64,000 nt of DNA from an uncultured Gemmatimonadales bacterium (GTDB lineage Bacteria; Gemmatimonadota; Gemmatimonadetes; Gemmatimonadales; GWC2-71-9). Shown piece by piece: positions 11,529 to 20,793 of this stretch. Location of the stretch: positions 1,440,001-1,504,000 of the forward strand of contig CAVUAK010000001.1 in the NCBI GenBank assembly GCA_963739455.1, written 5' to 3'. The position numbers and the translations under genes were made by a program. The first letter of the stretch is position 1; each line of letters opens with the position of its first letter. Under the pieces are notes generated by a model that was not told the DNA's origin, searched no databases, and worked only from the letters and a program-made list of their open reading frames with translations.

Positions 11529-12984
11529 GGACCACCTCCGCCAGCGTGAGTCCGCGGGTGCCATTGGTGCGAACAGCGGGTGTCGCACACCACTCCCTGC
11601 ACGCGTGGACTGGTACAACCTTGCCAGGATTCGAGCGCTCGCCGGGGTCGAAGACCCGACGCACAGCCTGCATGGCGCCGAGTGTCTCGGCGTCGAAGAT
11701 GAGGGGCATGTAATCGAGCTTGTCGTTGCCGACGCCGTGCTCACCGGTGATGCTGCCGCCGGCGGCGACGCAGGCGGTCATGATCTCGCGACTCGCATCG
11801 CGTACCCGCGCGGCGAGGGCAGCATTGCGACGGTCGAAACTGATGTTCGGGTGCAGGTTCCCGTCGCCGGCGTGAAAGACGTTGCTGATGTGCAGCTGGT
11901 AGCGATCGCGGATCTCGAAGATCTGGTCGAGCACATCGGGAAGCGCGGAGCGAGGCACCACGGCATCCTGCACCACGAGGTCGGGGGCGATGCGGCCCAT
12001 CGCGCCGAAGGCCTTCTTGCGCCCCTGCCAGAGCCGGGCGCGATCGGCGGCGGTCTCGGCGGTGAGGACGTTCCGGGCCTTGTGGGCGCGAAGCAGCGGC
12101 TCGACCACGGCGTGCTCGGCGGCGACGCTCTCGGGCTGGCCGTCGAGCTCCACCAGGAGCACCGCCGCGGCATCGGTGGGATACCCCGCTGCATAGATGG
12201 AGGCCTCGACCGCCCGCACGCAGGCCTGGTCCATCATCTCCAGCGCGGCGGGTACGATGCCGGAGGCAATGATGGCGGAGACCGCCTCACTGGCGGCGCG
12301 AATGCTCGGGAAATCGGCGAGCATGGTGCGCACGGTGACCGGAATCGGCTCGAGCCGCACGGTGATGCTGCAGGCGATGCCGAACATTCCCTCGCTGCCG
12401 ACGAAGAGTCCGACGAGGTCGGGGCCCCAGGCGTCGCCGTGCGCGGAGCCAAGGCGCGCAAGCGTCCCGTCGGGGAGAATGATCTCCAGGTCGGTGACGT
12501 GATTGGTGGTGACGCCGGCCTTGAGGCAGTGCGGGCCACCGGCGTTCTCGGCGACGTTGCCCCCGATGGTGCAGGCGGTCTGGCTGGATGGATCGGGGAC
12601 GTACTGCAGCCCGTGCGGCAGGACGGCCTCTGACAGCCGGGCATTGACGACGCCGGGCTCGACGACGGCGCGGCGAGTAGCGGGGTCGACGCTGATGATG
12701 CGGTTCAGGCGCGTGAGTGCCACGAGCACCGCATTGCTCTCGGCGAGTGCACCTCCACTCAAGCCGGTCCCTGCGCCGCGCGCGACGAACGGTGTCTTCG
12801 TGGCATGAAGCTGTTTCACGACAGCGATGAGCTCGTCGCGCGAGCCGGGGAGCACCACGACGCCAGGGTATGACTCGTGAGTCGGGAGCCCGTCCATGGT
12901 ATAGGTGGCGAGCTCGGCGCGGCGATGCCGCACCCAGCGGGGACCGACGATACCGGCGAGGCCGGTGAGCAGCGCCTCGTTCAC
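11521..12984 (-). CDS. glcD: Glycolate oxidase FAD-linked subunit
   Basis: 'ARGAGTGLSGG', 'PDPSSQ..CTIGGNVAENAGGPHCLK', 'HAGDGNLHP', 'GEHGVG'. Confidence 0.92.
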   Translation of the reverse strand: MNEALLTGLAGIVGPRWVRHRRAELATYTMDGLPTHESYPGVVVLPGSRDELIAVVKQLHATKTPFVARGAGTGLSGGALAESNAVLVALTRLNRIISVDPATRRAVVEPGVVNARLSEAVLPHGLQYVPDPSSQTACTIGGNVAENAGGPHCLKAGVTTNHVTDLEIILPDGTLARLGSAHGDAWGPDLVGLFVGSEGMFGIACSITVRLEPIPVTVRTMLADFPSIRAASEAVSAIIASGIVPAALEMMDQACVRAVEASIYAAGYPTDAAAVLLVELDGQPESVAAEHAVVEPLLRAHKARNVLTAETAADRARLWQGRKKAFGAMGRIAPDLVVQDAVVPRSALPDVLDQIFEIRDRYQLHISNVFHAGDGNLHPNISFDRRNAALAARVRDASREIMTACVAAGGSITGEHGVGNDKLDYMPLIFDAETLGAMQAVRRVFDPGERSNPGKVVPVHACREWCATPAVRTNGTRGLTLAEVVHD

Positions 12985-13646
12985 GAGCCGGCCAGGTCGG
13001 GAGGGTGATGCCCCTTCCCGTTGGAGTGCGACTTCTTCCGGGTGCGGAGCCCGGCATCGAGCGCGCTCACAAGCGGCGGGAGCATGTCGAGGAGGAGGTC
13101 CACGCGCTCGGTGGTGGAGCGGATCTCGAGCAGGGCCTGCTTCTCGGCGGCGCTGCAGTCGAGCGCGGCGGCGACATGAAACGAGAGTGCCGTGGGCTCG
13201 CTGGGGATCGCGCGGGTATCCGGCTCGAGGTCGTTCAGCTCGCGAAGCGCCGGGAGATAGTGTGCGAAGGCATCGGTGAGGGCGGCGCAGCGCGCGGCCG
13301 AAGGCAGGCTGTCGTCGCGGTCGTCAAAGGCCTCGACCATTGCGACGAGGTAGGGCGCGGGGTCATCGAGGTAGCGCGTGACGAGGAAGCGCGTGGTGCC
13401 CTGGACGACGATGTTGGAGCGACCGTCGTCGAGGGACTGGGCGCCGCGAATTCCGGCGACGCAACCGACGGCGCCCAGGGACGGCGCTTCGTGGGCGATA
13501 CCGGGGAGGGCCAGGCCGAACCGTTCGTCACCAGCGACGCAATCGGCGAGCATCCGGCGGTAGCGGGGCTCGAAGATGTGCAGGGGGAGCAGGGCGCCGG
13601 GGAAGAGGACGACGCCGAGTGGGAAGATGGGGAGGCGGAACGTCAT
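12981..13646 (-). CDS. LON peptidase N-terminal substrate-binding domain protein
   Basis: 'LPIFPLGVVLFPG..LPLHIFEPRYRRM'. Confidence 0.9.
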   Translation of the reverse strand: MTFRLPIFPLGVVLFPGALLPLHIFEPRYRRMLADCVAGDERFGLALPGIAHEAPSLGAVGCVAGIRGAQSLDDGRSNIVVQGTTRFLVTRYLDDPAPYLVAMVEAFDDRDDSLPSAARCAALTDAFAHYLPALRELNDLEPDTRAIPSEPTALSFHVAAALDCSAAEKQALLEIRSTTERVDLLLDMLPPLVSALDAGLRTRKKSHSNGKGHHPPDLAGS

Positions 13647-13658
13647 GGTGGAAGATAA

Positions 13659-13719
13659 GGCGGGGAGGGCGGGGAGGGCGCGTAAGGCGGGGAAGGCGGG
13701 GAAGGCGGGGAAGGCGGGG
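13659..13719 (+). repeat. (GGCGGGGAR) about 7 units, one degenerate
   Basis: Read directly; adjoins the TATCTT box upstream of the LON-domain gene. Confidence 0.88.
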
Positions 13720-13800
13720 CGTGGCGCAGGTTTCGAAATTGTCATGATGAATTCATGTCCGGGCAATGGCGTGTCGAGGCTGGCCTAATCCGGGGATGGC

Positions 13801-14526
13801 ATGATCCTCCGGACCACGAAAACCGGAGGCCGCGTGTTCGAGACGCTGATCGAGTCATCGGGTTCGGTAAGGGGGCGGGGTGGAGAGGCGGCGGTATCAA
13901 TGGCATTGCATCTGGTGGTGCTGGCGGGGGCGGTGCACGCGACGCAGGGGGCCATGACCAGCGGCGCACTGCGCATTGTCGACACCACCATGGTGTTCGT
14001 GACGCACGCGCCGTCGCCGTCGCGCGCTGCTGTCCCACAGGCACCGAGCGAACCGCCGCGAGCGCCGGACCCCCTGGATGGATTTGTGCCACCGGATATC
14101 GTGCCGAGCGATATCCCACGCATCAGCCTGAGCGGTGGGCCATTCGATCCGGTCGCCGTGATCAGCATGTCGAGGCAGGCGGGAATTCCTGACGAAACTG
14201 CGGGCACCGCGCCGCGGACCGGCATGGATGGCGTGTACATGTCCGCCGAAGTGGAGGTAGCAGCGGAGGTGGTCGCGCAGCCGCAGCCGAAGTATCCACA
14301 GCTCCTGAAGCATGCGGGCGTCAGCGGCTACGTGGACATTGCCTTTGTCATCGATGCGTCGGGGCGAGTTGAGGCGGGCACAATGAAGGTGCTTGCGTCA
14401 TCGCACGACGCATTCGTGGCTCCTGCCCTGGAGGCGATCCTCAACGGGGTGTATCGCCCGGCGCAGTACCGAGGGGTTGCGGTGCGGCAACTGGTGCGGC
14501 AAAGGGTGTCGTTTGTCGGGAAGTAG
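13801..14526 (+). CDS. Energy transducer TonB family protein
   Basis: N-terminal TM with 'SMALH', Pro-rich linker, 'PKYP..G.V.IAFVIDASGRVE' TonB_C domain. Confidence 0.85.
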   Translation: MILRTTKTGGRVFETLIESSGSVRGRGGEAAVSMALHLVVLAGAVHATQGAMTSGALRIVDTTMVFVTHAPSPSRAAVPQAPSEPPRAPDPLDGFVPPDIVPSDIPRISLSGGPFDPVAVISMSRQAGIPDETAGTAPRTGMDGVYMSAEVEVAAEVVAQPQPKYPQLLKHAGVSGYVDIAFVIDASGRVEAGTMKVLASSHDAFVAPALEAILNGVYRPAQYRGVAVRQLVRQRVSFVGK

Positions 14527-15313
14527 TCACTTCCCGGCGCAGGACGAGCATGCGCAGCAGCCAGAGGAGGGCAGCAGCAGCGAGCAAGTGCTTGAGGGAG
14601 TGGCCGCTCACCCGATTGCCCGTCGCAGTGAAGATGGCCTGATCGAATTGCTCGGCGCCCTTCGACAGGGCGTAGAGAGCGAGCGCGCCAAGGATGTCAG
14701 CCCCCCGCGTGTAGCGGGAGGGGAAGAGGGCGATGAGTAGGAGCAGCAGCAGCAGCGACCCGAACTGCACGGCGGCGTAGGGATTCAGGTTCTCGACCCC
14801 GTGCCGGACGCTCCAGCGCCAATACCAGACGGAAGCGATGCCCACCATGACGAGGGGCGTCAGGAGGCGGCGACCCGCGGTGCCACTGATGCGCTCACTG
14901 ACCACCGCGGCCACGAGGCCCATGAAAGCAACCGCCATGGGCAGCCTGTCCCAGGCCAGGCGGGGGCTGTCGGGAGCGAGGTGATAGAACATCGATCCGA
15001 AGCAGGTTGCGGTGGCGCCGAGGAACACAACACCCCAGCACCCGCGCTCGGACGATTCCTCGAAGGCGGCCCCGCCATCGCGGCGGGTTCCGCGAATTAC
15101 GAAGCCGAGGCCCATGAGGCCGACCACAAGGAAGCCGATGTTGGAGGCGACGTCGAGGAAGTTGGGAATGCCCAGTGCGGCGTGCTGGTCGGCGAAGTGG
15201 TGATACGCCTCGGGCTGCGTGAAGCGCGGCGCAATGGCGGCCGCGAGTGCAATGATTGCGGCAGTGAGGCAGACAAACCAGATCCGACCGTTAGTATTGC
15301 TGCGCGATGTCAT
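14441..15313 (-). CDS. Ceramidase-like (CREST-type) membrane hydrolase
   Basis: 'YHHFAD', 'SNIGF', 'GSMFYH', 'WDRLPM', 'SGHSLKH'. Confidence 0.8.
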   Translation of the reverse strand: MTSRSNTNGRIWFVCLTAAIIALAAAIAPRFTQPEAYHHFADQHAALGIPNFLDVASNIGFLVVGLMGLGFVIRGTRRDGGAAFEESSERGCWGVVFLGATATCFGSMFYHLAPDSPRLAWDRLPMAVAFMGLVAAVVSERISGTAGRRLLTPLVMVGIASVWYWRWSVRHGVENLNPYAAVQFGSLLLLLLLIALFPSRYTRGADILGALALYALSKGAEQFDQAIFTATGNRVSGHSLKHLLAAAALLWLLRMLVLRREVTTSRQTTPFAAPVAAPQPLGTAPGDTPR

Positions 15314-15396
15314 TGCCGAAGCTACCATCATGGGAGTCGAGCGGAAGGCTCACATACCTGAGGTGGGGGTTCGATCCCTCATGTGCGTTGAAGACG

Positions 15397-15846
15397 TCAT
15401 CGAGGCAACGGAGGAATCGGACCACCGAGCAGACCCGCAGCAGCGAACTCCTCACACCGGTCTCCTACGGCAACCACCTTCTGCGACAATGAATCCTGGA
15501 CCCGTCGCCACTGTGCTGCCGTCACCTGTTCCTTGACTCGGCGTCCAGCCTCGTCCAACAGCACATTCAGACTGTCGAGACTTACTAGCCGGCTCAGGCG
15601 TATTCCTTCGCAGAAAACCACTTCTTGGACCGCAGCCGGATCCTTCGCCTTGACTTGCTCCAGCCTGAGAGCAACAAACCTGTTGATCAAAGTGTCGGCC
15701 TCCAGCGATCTCTGCCGGGGGGTCTTCGTGCATCCAGAACAAAGCAAGGTCAGTGCGCTCGCCACCACAAAGGTCCTGCATGGTGTGCAGTTAGAATACC
15801 AACGCGACCACTTCCCCATCATCAACTTCCTGAAGGCCATCGGCAT
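15397..15846 (-). CDS. Hypothetical lipoprotein in a low-GC patch
   Basis: Hydrophobic stretch ending 'LLCSGC'; atypical codon usage; start uncertain. Confidence 0.5.
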   Translation of the reverse strand: MPMAFRKLMMGKWSRWYSNCTPCRTFVVASALTLLCSGCTKTPRQRSLEADTLINRFVALRLEQVKAKDPAAVQEVVFCEGIRLSRLVSLDSLNVLLDEAGRRVKEQVTAAQWRRVQDSLSQKVVAVGDRCEEFAAAGLLGGPIPPLPR

Positions 15847-16314
15847 ATCCTTTCACGTCTTCAACTCAACAATGACTGAGCCGCAGACACTAGCCGTGTG
15901 TGCTGAGGACCATGCCAATTGCCGTAGCACACAGAGATGGGCTTCTTGGGTTGGTGCGAGTCGCTCCGGCTTGCAGCCTAGCCGAGACTTAAGGCCGTCC
16001 TCGCCTACTCGCTCCCACACTGTTGCCAAGTCTGCCGCACAGTGGAAAGGTGGCGCCAGCGGTTCCACCGGATTCGATGCCTGTTCCACCCGGACTGGGA
16101 GCCACACTTTCAAGAGGCAAAGCTAGATCGAGATCTCAGTATTCCAATACTGTTTGACTCATTGGCGTGTACTGGTAGATAGTTCGATCCGGTCGTTGCC
16201 TATCGTAGGCTTTCCCTTCAAGCAGACAGTTTGAAGCCTTGGCTCGCGTCACCGGCAAGGGCCCTGAACAGCGCTCGGTCTCTTCCGTTCCACGCAAAGG
16301 GAGTCGATCAGCCG

Positions 16315-17214
16315 GTGACAATCTCGAGGGGTTCCATTGCACTGGGCTTCCTGCTGGTTGCCGGTCGCGCCAATGCCCAGGCGCCGTTCAATGCCTGCTT
16401 CGACCGGCTGGGGCAGCCGATTCCCACTGTCGCGGACGACGCGATTGGCCGGGGAGGTGTCGCGACCTACCAGGGAGGCCAACGCGTCATCCTCTGGAAC
16501 AGCGACGCGAACAAGAGCGCGTCAGCAACCACGCAGCTGTTCCTGTACCTCCGCGCCTGCGCGCACCACAACCTGGGGCACCTCCAGCAGCGCGCGAGCG
16601 CGCAGACCGAGGGCGAGGCCGATTGCTGGGCCATCCAGCTGATGGTGGATGGCGGCATGATCGGAAGCCGCAACCTCGACCTGCTGCAGAAGGAGCAGGT
16701 GGCGGTGCGGGGAGACAGCACGCGCCTGAGCGGGAAGGCGTTGATCGACAGCTATGAGCGGTGCCTGACCATCAGGACGGATGCCAGTGCGTGGGCCGAC
16801 GCGCTGTCGGCATTCACCGCGGCGGCGCCCGACAGCTTCGGTGCGATTCGCGGGCACCCGGTGGAGGACGCGATGCCGGGAATTCACCAGTCGAGGCAGG
16901 ACGCGCCGGGCACGTACGATTGCGAAGTCCGGGGAATGGACTCGGTTCGCTGCATGGTGTTCGCGGCGCGAAAGACGAGTGCGGCTCGGAAGCGCTACCA
17001 GGAACTGATCAAGATCTTCCGGGGGTGGTTGCCGCCCACATGGACATCGGTCGAGCAGGAAGGCACGGCGAGCCTGGTGGAGCGGCAGTTCCTGGCGCAG
17101 GACAGCGAGAACAACACCGTGATCGCGCTGCTGGTGACGTCTGAGGCGCGGGTGTACTTCGTGGTGCGAAGGATGGCGGCTGACGTGAGTTCGATACAGC
17201 TGCAGGGAGATTAG
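16315..17214 (+). CDS. Secreted hypothetical protein with a degenerate zincin-like N-terminal domain
   Basis: Signal peptide ending 'ANA-Q'; 'LYLRACAHHNLGH...EGEADCWA'. Confidence 0.7.
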   Translation: MTISRGSIALGFLLVAGRANAQAPFNACFDRLGQPIPTVADDAIGRGGVATYQGGQRVILWNSDANKSASATTQLFLYLRACAHHNLGHLQQRASAQTEGEADCWAIQLMVDGGMIGSRNLDLLQKEQVAVRGDSTRLSGKALIDSYERCLTIRTDASAWADALSAFTAAAPDSFGAIRGHPVEDAMPGIHQSRQDAPGTYDCEVRGMDSVRCMVFAARKTSAARKRYQELIKIFRGWLPPTWTSVEQEGTASLVERQFLAQDSENNTVIALLVTSEARVYFVVRRMAADVSSIQLQGD

Positions 17215-17238
17215 GACGTGAGGACGTGAGGACGTGAG
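17213..17238 (+). repeat. (AGGACGTG)3 between convergent genes
   Basis: Read directly. Confidence 0.85.
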
Positions 17239-17258
17239 GGTGGCTGAAGGTGGGAGGG

Positions 17259-19020
17259 TTACTCAGCGAGCAATGCAGCAGGCTCCGTGCGGATTGCGCG
17301 GCGCAGGGGGCGGATGGCACCGATCATCGCCGCGAGTGAAAGCAGTGCCGCCGGCACTAGGAGATCGCTGACAGGGAGGAGCGGGAGGTCGCCCAGGATC
17401 TCCGAGAGTACGGCGCGCAACGATGGTCCCACCGCGGTGAGTGCCACCAGGATTCCAGCCGCAATAATCAGGACGGTGCGCCCCAGGACGGCCGCAGAAA
17501 TGTGGCGGCGCGTGGCGCCGAGCGCGCGATGGATCGCCAGCTCGGGCACGAGGGCTGAGGCCCAGATCGAGACGCTGACCATGGTGCCCAGCGCGCCGAG
17601 CAGCAGCGCCGCGATGGCCTCAACGCGGAACCAGCGGGCGAACCAGAGCATCGGCAGGGTGGACGCCCGACGGAGCGCGGATTCCGCCATGCCGCTCGAG
17701 TGCCTGATGGTGGAGAACTTCGCGAGCGTGGCCTCTGCGTTGGCCGCAGCGGCAGCATTGCCGCGAACGACGAGATCGGCGGCGGCGATGGGGTGCTGCA
17801 GCGTGCTGAGATAGACCGCGAAGCGGGGCTGGAGTCCGCCGCTCCGTCGCGGTGCCATTCCATCGTCGACGACACCAACAACGGTGTACGGCACGCGATC
17901 GGTGCCCATGAAGATGCTGCGGCCCACCGCGCTGCCGTGCTCGAAGTGGAGTGCTGCCATCTGGCGATTGACGATCGCGACGCGCGGTGCCTTCCAGTTG
18001 TCATCCAGCGTGAAGGTGCGACCGGCGACAAGGGGAATGCCCATGACCTTGAAGCTGTCGGGGCTCACGACGGAATGTATTGCCCGCTCGTTGTGCCACT
18101 GCAGGAAGATCCCGCCGACGAAGCACTGTCCGCAGTCGGTCTCCACCCAGTCCACGGTACCGAGTCCCGACGAGTGCACCGGGGCTGGTGAGGCTCGCCC
18201 CTTCGATGCCCTCAGTGGCCGCGAGATCGCGGAGCATGTCCAGGTACTGTGCGGAGCGAGCAGCGGGGTCGGCGTCGCTGCCCGCGAGCTGGTAGACGGT
18301 GCCGTCGGCGGCGGTGTTACCGGCGCCCATCAACAGCGTCGCCTGCCTGCTGACGAGCGTGGCGGCGAGCAGGATGGCGAGGCTTGCGCCGATCTGCACG
18401 ATGGGGGGAAACAGGCCCAGCGGATTTGCCGGGAGGTTGACGAGCCGCTTGCCGCGAGCGTGGCGCATTGGAAGCATCGCGCTGAGAAGCAGTGCCACTG
18501 CAGTGCTGATGGAGACAGCGACGGGCGCGTAGTGCCAAGGGCCGAGTGCATCAGGCCAGGTGCGGAGCGCCACGCGCAGCGCGATGTATCCCGCGGCAAT
18601 TCCGAGTGGAACGGCCGTCAGCACGATGACGAGGCCCTCGCTGAGAAAGCTGAGGGCCAGGTCGCGTCGGGAGGCGCCAACAGCTCGGCGGACTGCGGTG
18701 TCGGCTGCGCGTTCGCCAGAGCGAGTCCACTGCAGGATTGCGGCGGTGACGACGGCGACGGCGCAGGCGGCTGCAGCGATGACAAGAAGCAGGGCCAGGA
18801 GCTGCGCGATCGCTCCCGATTGAAGTGCCGCAGGTGACTGTGCGGTGCTGGTCCAGGCGAGGCCGAGGTCGGTGTCGCGAATCGGGCTGGGCTGGAGGGC
18901 CGATGGTCCGAGCGAAAGAACAGGTGCAAGGGTGGCGATGGCGGCGGCTGACGCGATGCCGAGCCAGGCGGCGGTGCGCCCATGATCACGAAGGGCGTCC
19001 GTGAGCGGGACGAGGATGCG
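17259..19020 (-). CDS. MacB/FtsX-family ABC permease, frameshift near 18150; start uncertain
   Basis: 'AVRRAVGASR', 'VSPDSFKVMGIPLVAGRTF', 'ELAIHRALGATR'. Confidence 0.8.
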
Positions 19021-19022
19021 CG

Positions 19023-19508
19023 TTATAGCGGAGTGTCCACCGTTGCCATGCATTCGAGTTCCATTCGTGCGCCGAGTGCCAGTCCGGTGGTGCCAAAGGC
19101 ACTGCGCGCAGGGAAGTGCTTCGTAAAGTATGTGGCGTATACCGCGTTCATCGCGGGCCACTCGCTCATGTCGGCCAGCATCGCGGTGCACTTCACGACG
19201 TTGTCCATCGACGATCCGTTTCGTTCCAGCGCGGCCTTGATGTTCTCAAGGGTCCGCCGGGTCTCGGCCTCGATACCGCCAGGCACGATCTTGCCGGCAC
19301 TGTCACCAAGCTGGCCGGACAGGTACAGCATGTTACCCACGCGCACGGCCTCGGCGAAGGGTCGCGCGGGACCGTTGTCGGCGCGCGGAATGTACTGGAC
19401 AGTGGGGGACGACGGCGGGGCCGGTTGTGACGATGGCCGGCTGCGATCGCAGCCGGCCAGGGTCAGCACCACGAGTACCAGCGGGAGGGACTTCAGGCGG
19501 CCACCCAA
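19023..19508 (-). CDS. RidA/YjgF-family protein with an N-terminal lipoprotein signal
   Basis: 'LYLSGQLG', 'MNAVYATYF..FPARSA', 'ELECMA'; 'LTLAGC' lipobox. Confidence 0.88.
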   Translation of the reverse strand: MGGRLKSLPLVLVVLTLAGCDRSRPSSQPAPPSSPTVQYIPRADNGPARPFAEAVRVGNMLYLSGQLGDSAGKIVPGGIEAETRRTLENIKAALERNGSSMDNVVKCTAMLADMSEWPAMNAVYATYFTKHFPARSAFGTTGLALGARMELECMATVDTPL

Positions 19509-20422
19509 CGGCCCTTGAGGTGCTGGATGTCGGGGCAGTGCCGGAGCTTCTCGAAGGCGCGCTCGCGGATCTGCCGGATGCGCTCGCGGGTGACGCCGAG
19601 CCGCTCGCCGATGGCCTCGAGCGTCAGTGCCTCGGAGCCTTCCTCGAGCCCGTAGTACATGGAGAGGATGGCGCGCTCGCGCGGCGTGAGGTGGCGCGCA
19701 AAGAGCCGGTCGACGAACTCGCGGGTGAGATGCTGGTCCGTCAGGGACTCGATTTCTGAATCGGCGTTGCCGGCGACGCGCTCACCGATGGTGGCACCGT
19801 GACGATCGCGGCCGTCGACCGGGGCGTCGAGCGACATCTCGATGGTGGACATCTGCCGGGCTTCGCGAATGGTCTCGACCTGTTCGCCGAGTGCCCGCGC
19901 GAGTTCGCCATCGGTGGGCGCGCGGCCGAGCTCCTGGGAAAGGAGCGACTGCACGCGGCTCATCTTGATGAGCGATGAATTCTGGTTGAGGGGAATCCGA
20001 ACGCTGCGTGTCTGTTCTGCGAGAGCCTTGAGGACTGCCTGGCGGACCCACCACACTGCGTAGCTGATGAACTTGACGCCATGATCGGGATCGAACTTCC
20101 GCACTGCCTTGAGGAGCCCTTCATTGCCGATCGCCACCAGTTCGCCGAGGTCGAGTCCGTGTCCCTGATACTTCTTCACGTAGGCGATGACGAACCGGAG
20201 ATTGGCGGTGACGAGTCGCTCGGCCGCCGTCTGGTCGCCGCTGAGTGCGCGGCGAGCAAGCGCGCGTTCCTCGGCGGGGTCGGTGATCATCGGGAGACGT
20301 TGTATGTCGACGAGGTACTGGTCGAAGGATCCCTGGGCGACTGCTCGGCCCACGTTGCGGACGCCAGGGCGAGCAGCCTTGCGAGCGACAGGACGAACAA
20401 GGCTAGCGCGGGTGCGAGCCAT
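19493..20422 (-). CDS. RNA polymerase sigma-70 family factor (RpoD/SigA-like, no region 1.1)
   Basis: 'LVTANLRFV..KKYQ', 'KFDPDHGVKFISYAVWW', 'LGVTRERIRQI'. Confidence 0.93.
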   Translation of the reverse strand: MARTRASLVRPVARKAARPGVRNVGRAVAQGSFDQYLVDIQRLPMITDPAEERALARRALSGDQTAAERLVTANLRFVIAYVKKYQGHGLDLGELVAIGNEGLLKAVRKFDPDHGVKFISYAVWWVRQAVLKALAEQTRSVRIPLNQNSSLIKMSRVQSLLSQELGRAPTDGELARALGEQVETIREARQMSTIEMSLDAPVDGRDRHGATIGERVAGNADSEIESLTDQHLTREFVDRLFARHLTPRERAILSMYYGLEEGSEALTLEAIGERLGVTRERIRQIRERAFEKLRHCPDIQHLKGRWVAA

Positions 20423-20491
20423 TCATACCCCCTTCAGGGGAACCGTCGAGTTGTTTGGATGCTACGGAACAGCATTGCGGTAAGGGCAGCC

Positions 20492-20520
20492 AATATAGGA
20501 AGCGACAGTAATGCGGTCAA
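20492..20520 (-). promoter_or_regulatory. Sigma-70-type promoter of the sigma factor gene
   Basis: Minus strand TTGACC-17 nt-TATATT. Confidence 0.7.
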
Positions 20521-20530
20521 GCAAGAAAAC

Positions 20531-20598
20531 TTCTCCACATCACAAATATTCGTGGGGCATAAGCTTGTGGAGGTTATACAGTTATCCACTTATCCACA
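20531..20598 (+). promoter_or_regulatory. DnaA-box cluster
   Basis: TTATCCACA (20590-98, perfect), TTATCCACT (20582-90), TTATACAGT (20574-82), TTCTCCACA (20531-39) in AT-rich DNA. Confidence 0.7.
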
Positions 20599-20660
20599 GA
20601 AACCGGTGTGACGTCGGTGGCAGTATGGGACGATCGACCTAGTTGGGATGCTAAGCTGCG

Positions 20661-20688
20661 GGAACAGGGAACGGGGAACAGGGAACAG
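20661..20688 (+). repeat. (GGGAACR)4 heptamer repeat
   Basis: ggaaca gggaacg gggaaca gggaaca. Confidence 0.8.
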
Positions 20689-20793
20689 CAACGCGGGGAG
20701 AGGGAAGAGGGAAAGCGGCTGCGGGTAGAGGGACCCCGCGTGGAAGTCGCGGGATTGCCGCGTCGGCCGCGTTGCGGCCTCCTCAGCAATGAC

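Noticed and set aside
15345..15381. tRNA-like fragment (AGG-CTCACATA-CCT...GGGGGTTCGATCCCTC) at the edge of the low-GC patch
   Set aside because: A T-arm-like motif is present, but there is no acceptor stem or D-arm and the anticodon loop would be 8 nt. At most a remnant; tRNAscan-SE would decide.
15853..16113. 86-aa ORF in the low-GC patch (and 15533..16126 on +)
   Set aside because: No ribosome-binding site, motif or codon bias supports either.
20531..20598. oriC
   Set aside because: Only about 4 boxes, no dnaA/dnaN/gidA context and no apparent skew switch; kept as a regulatory DnaA cluster.
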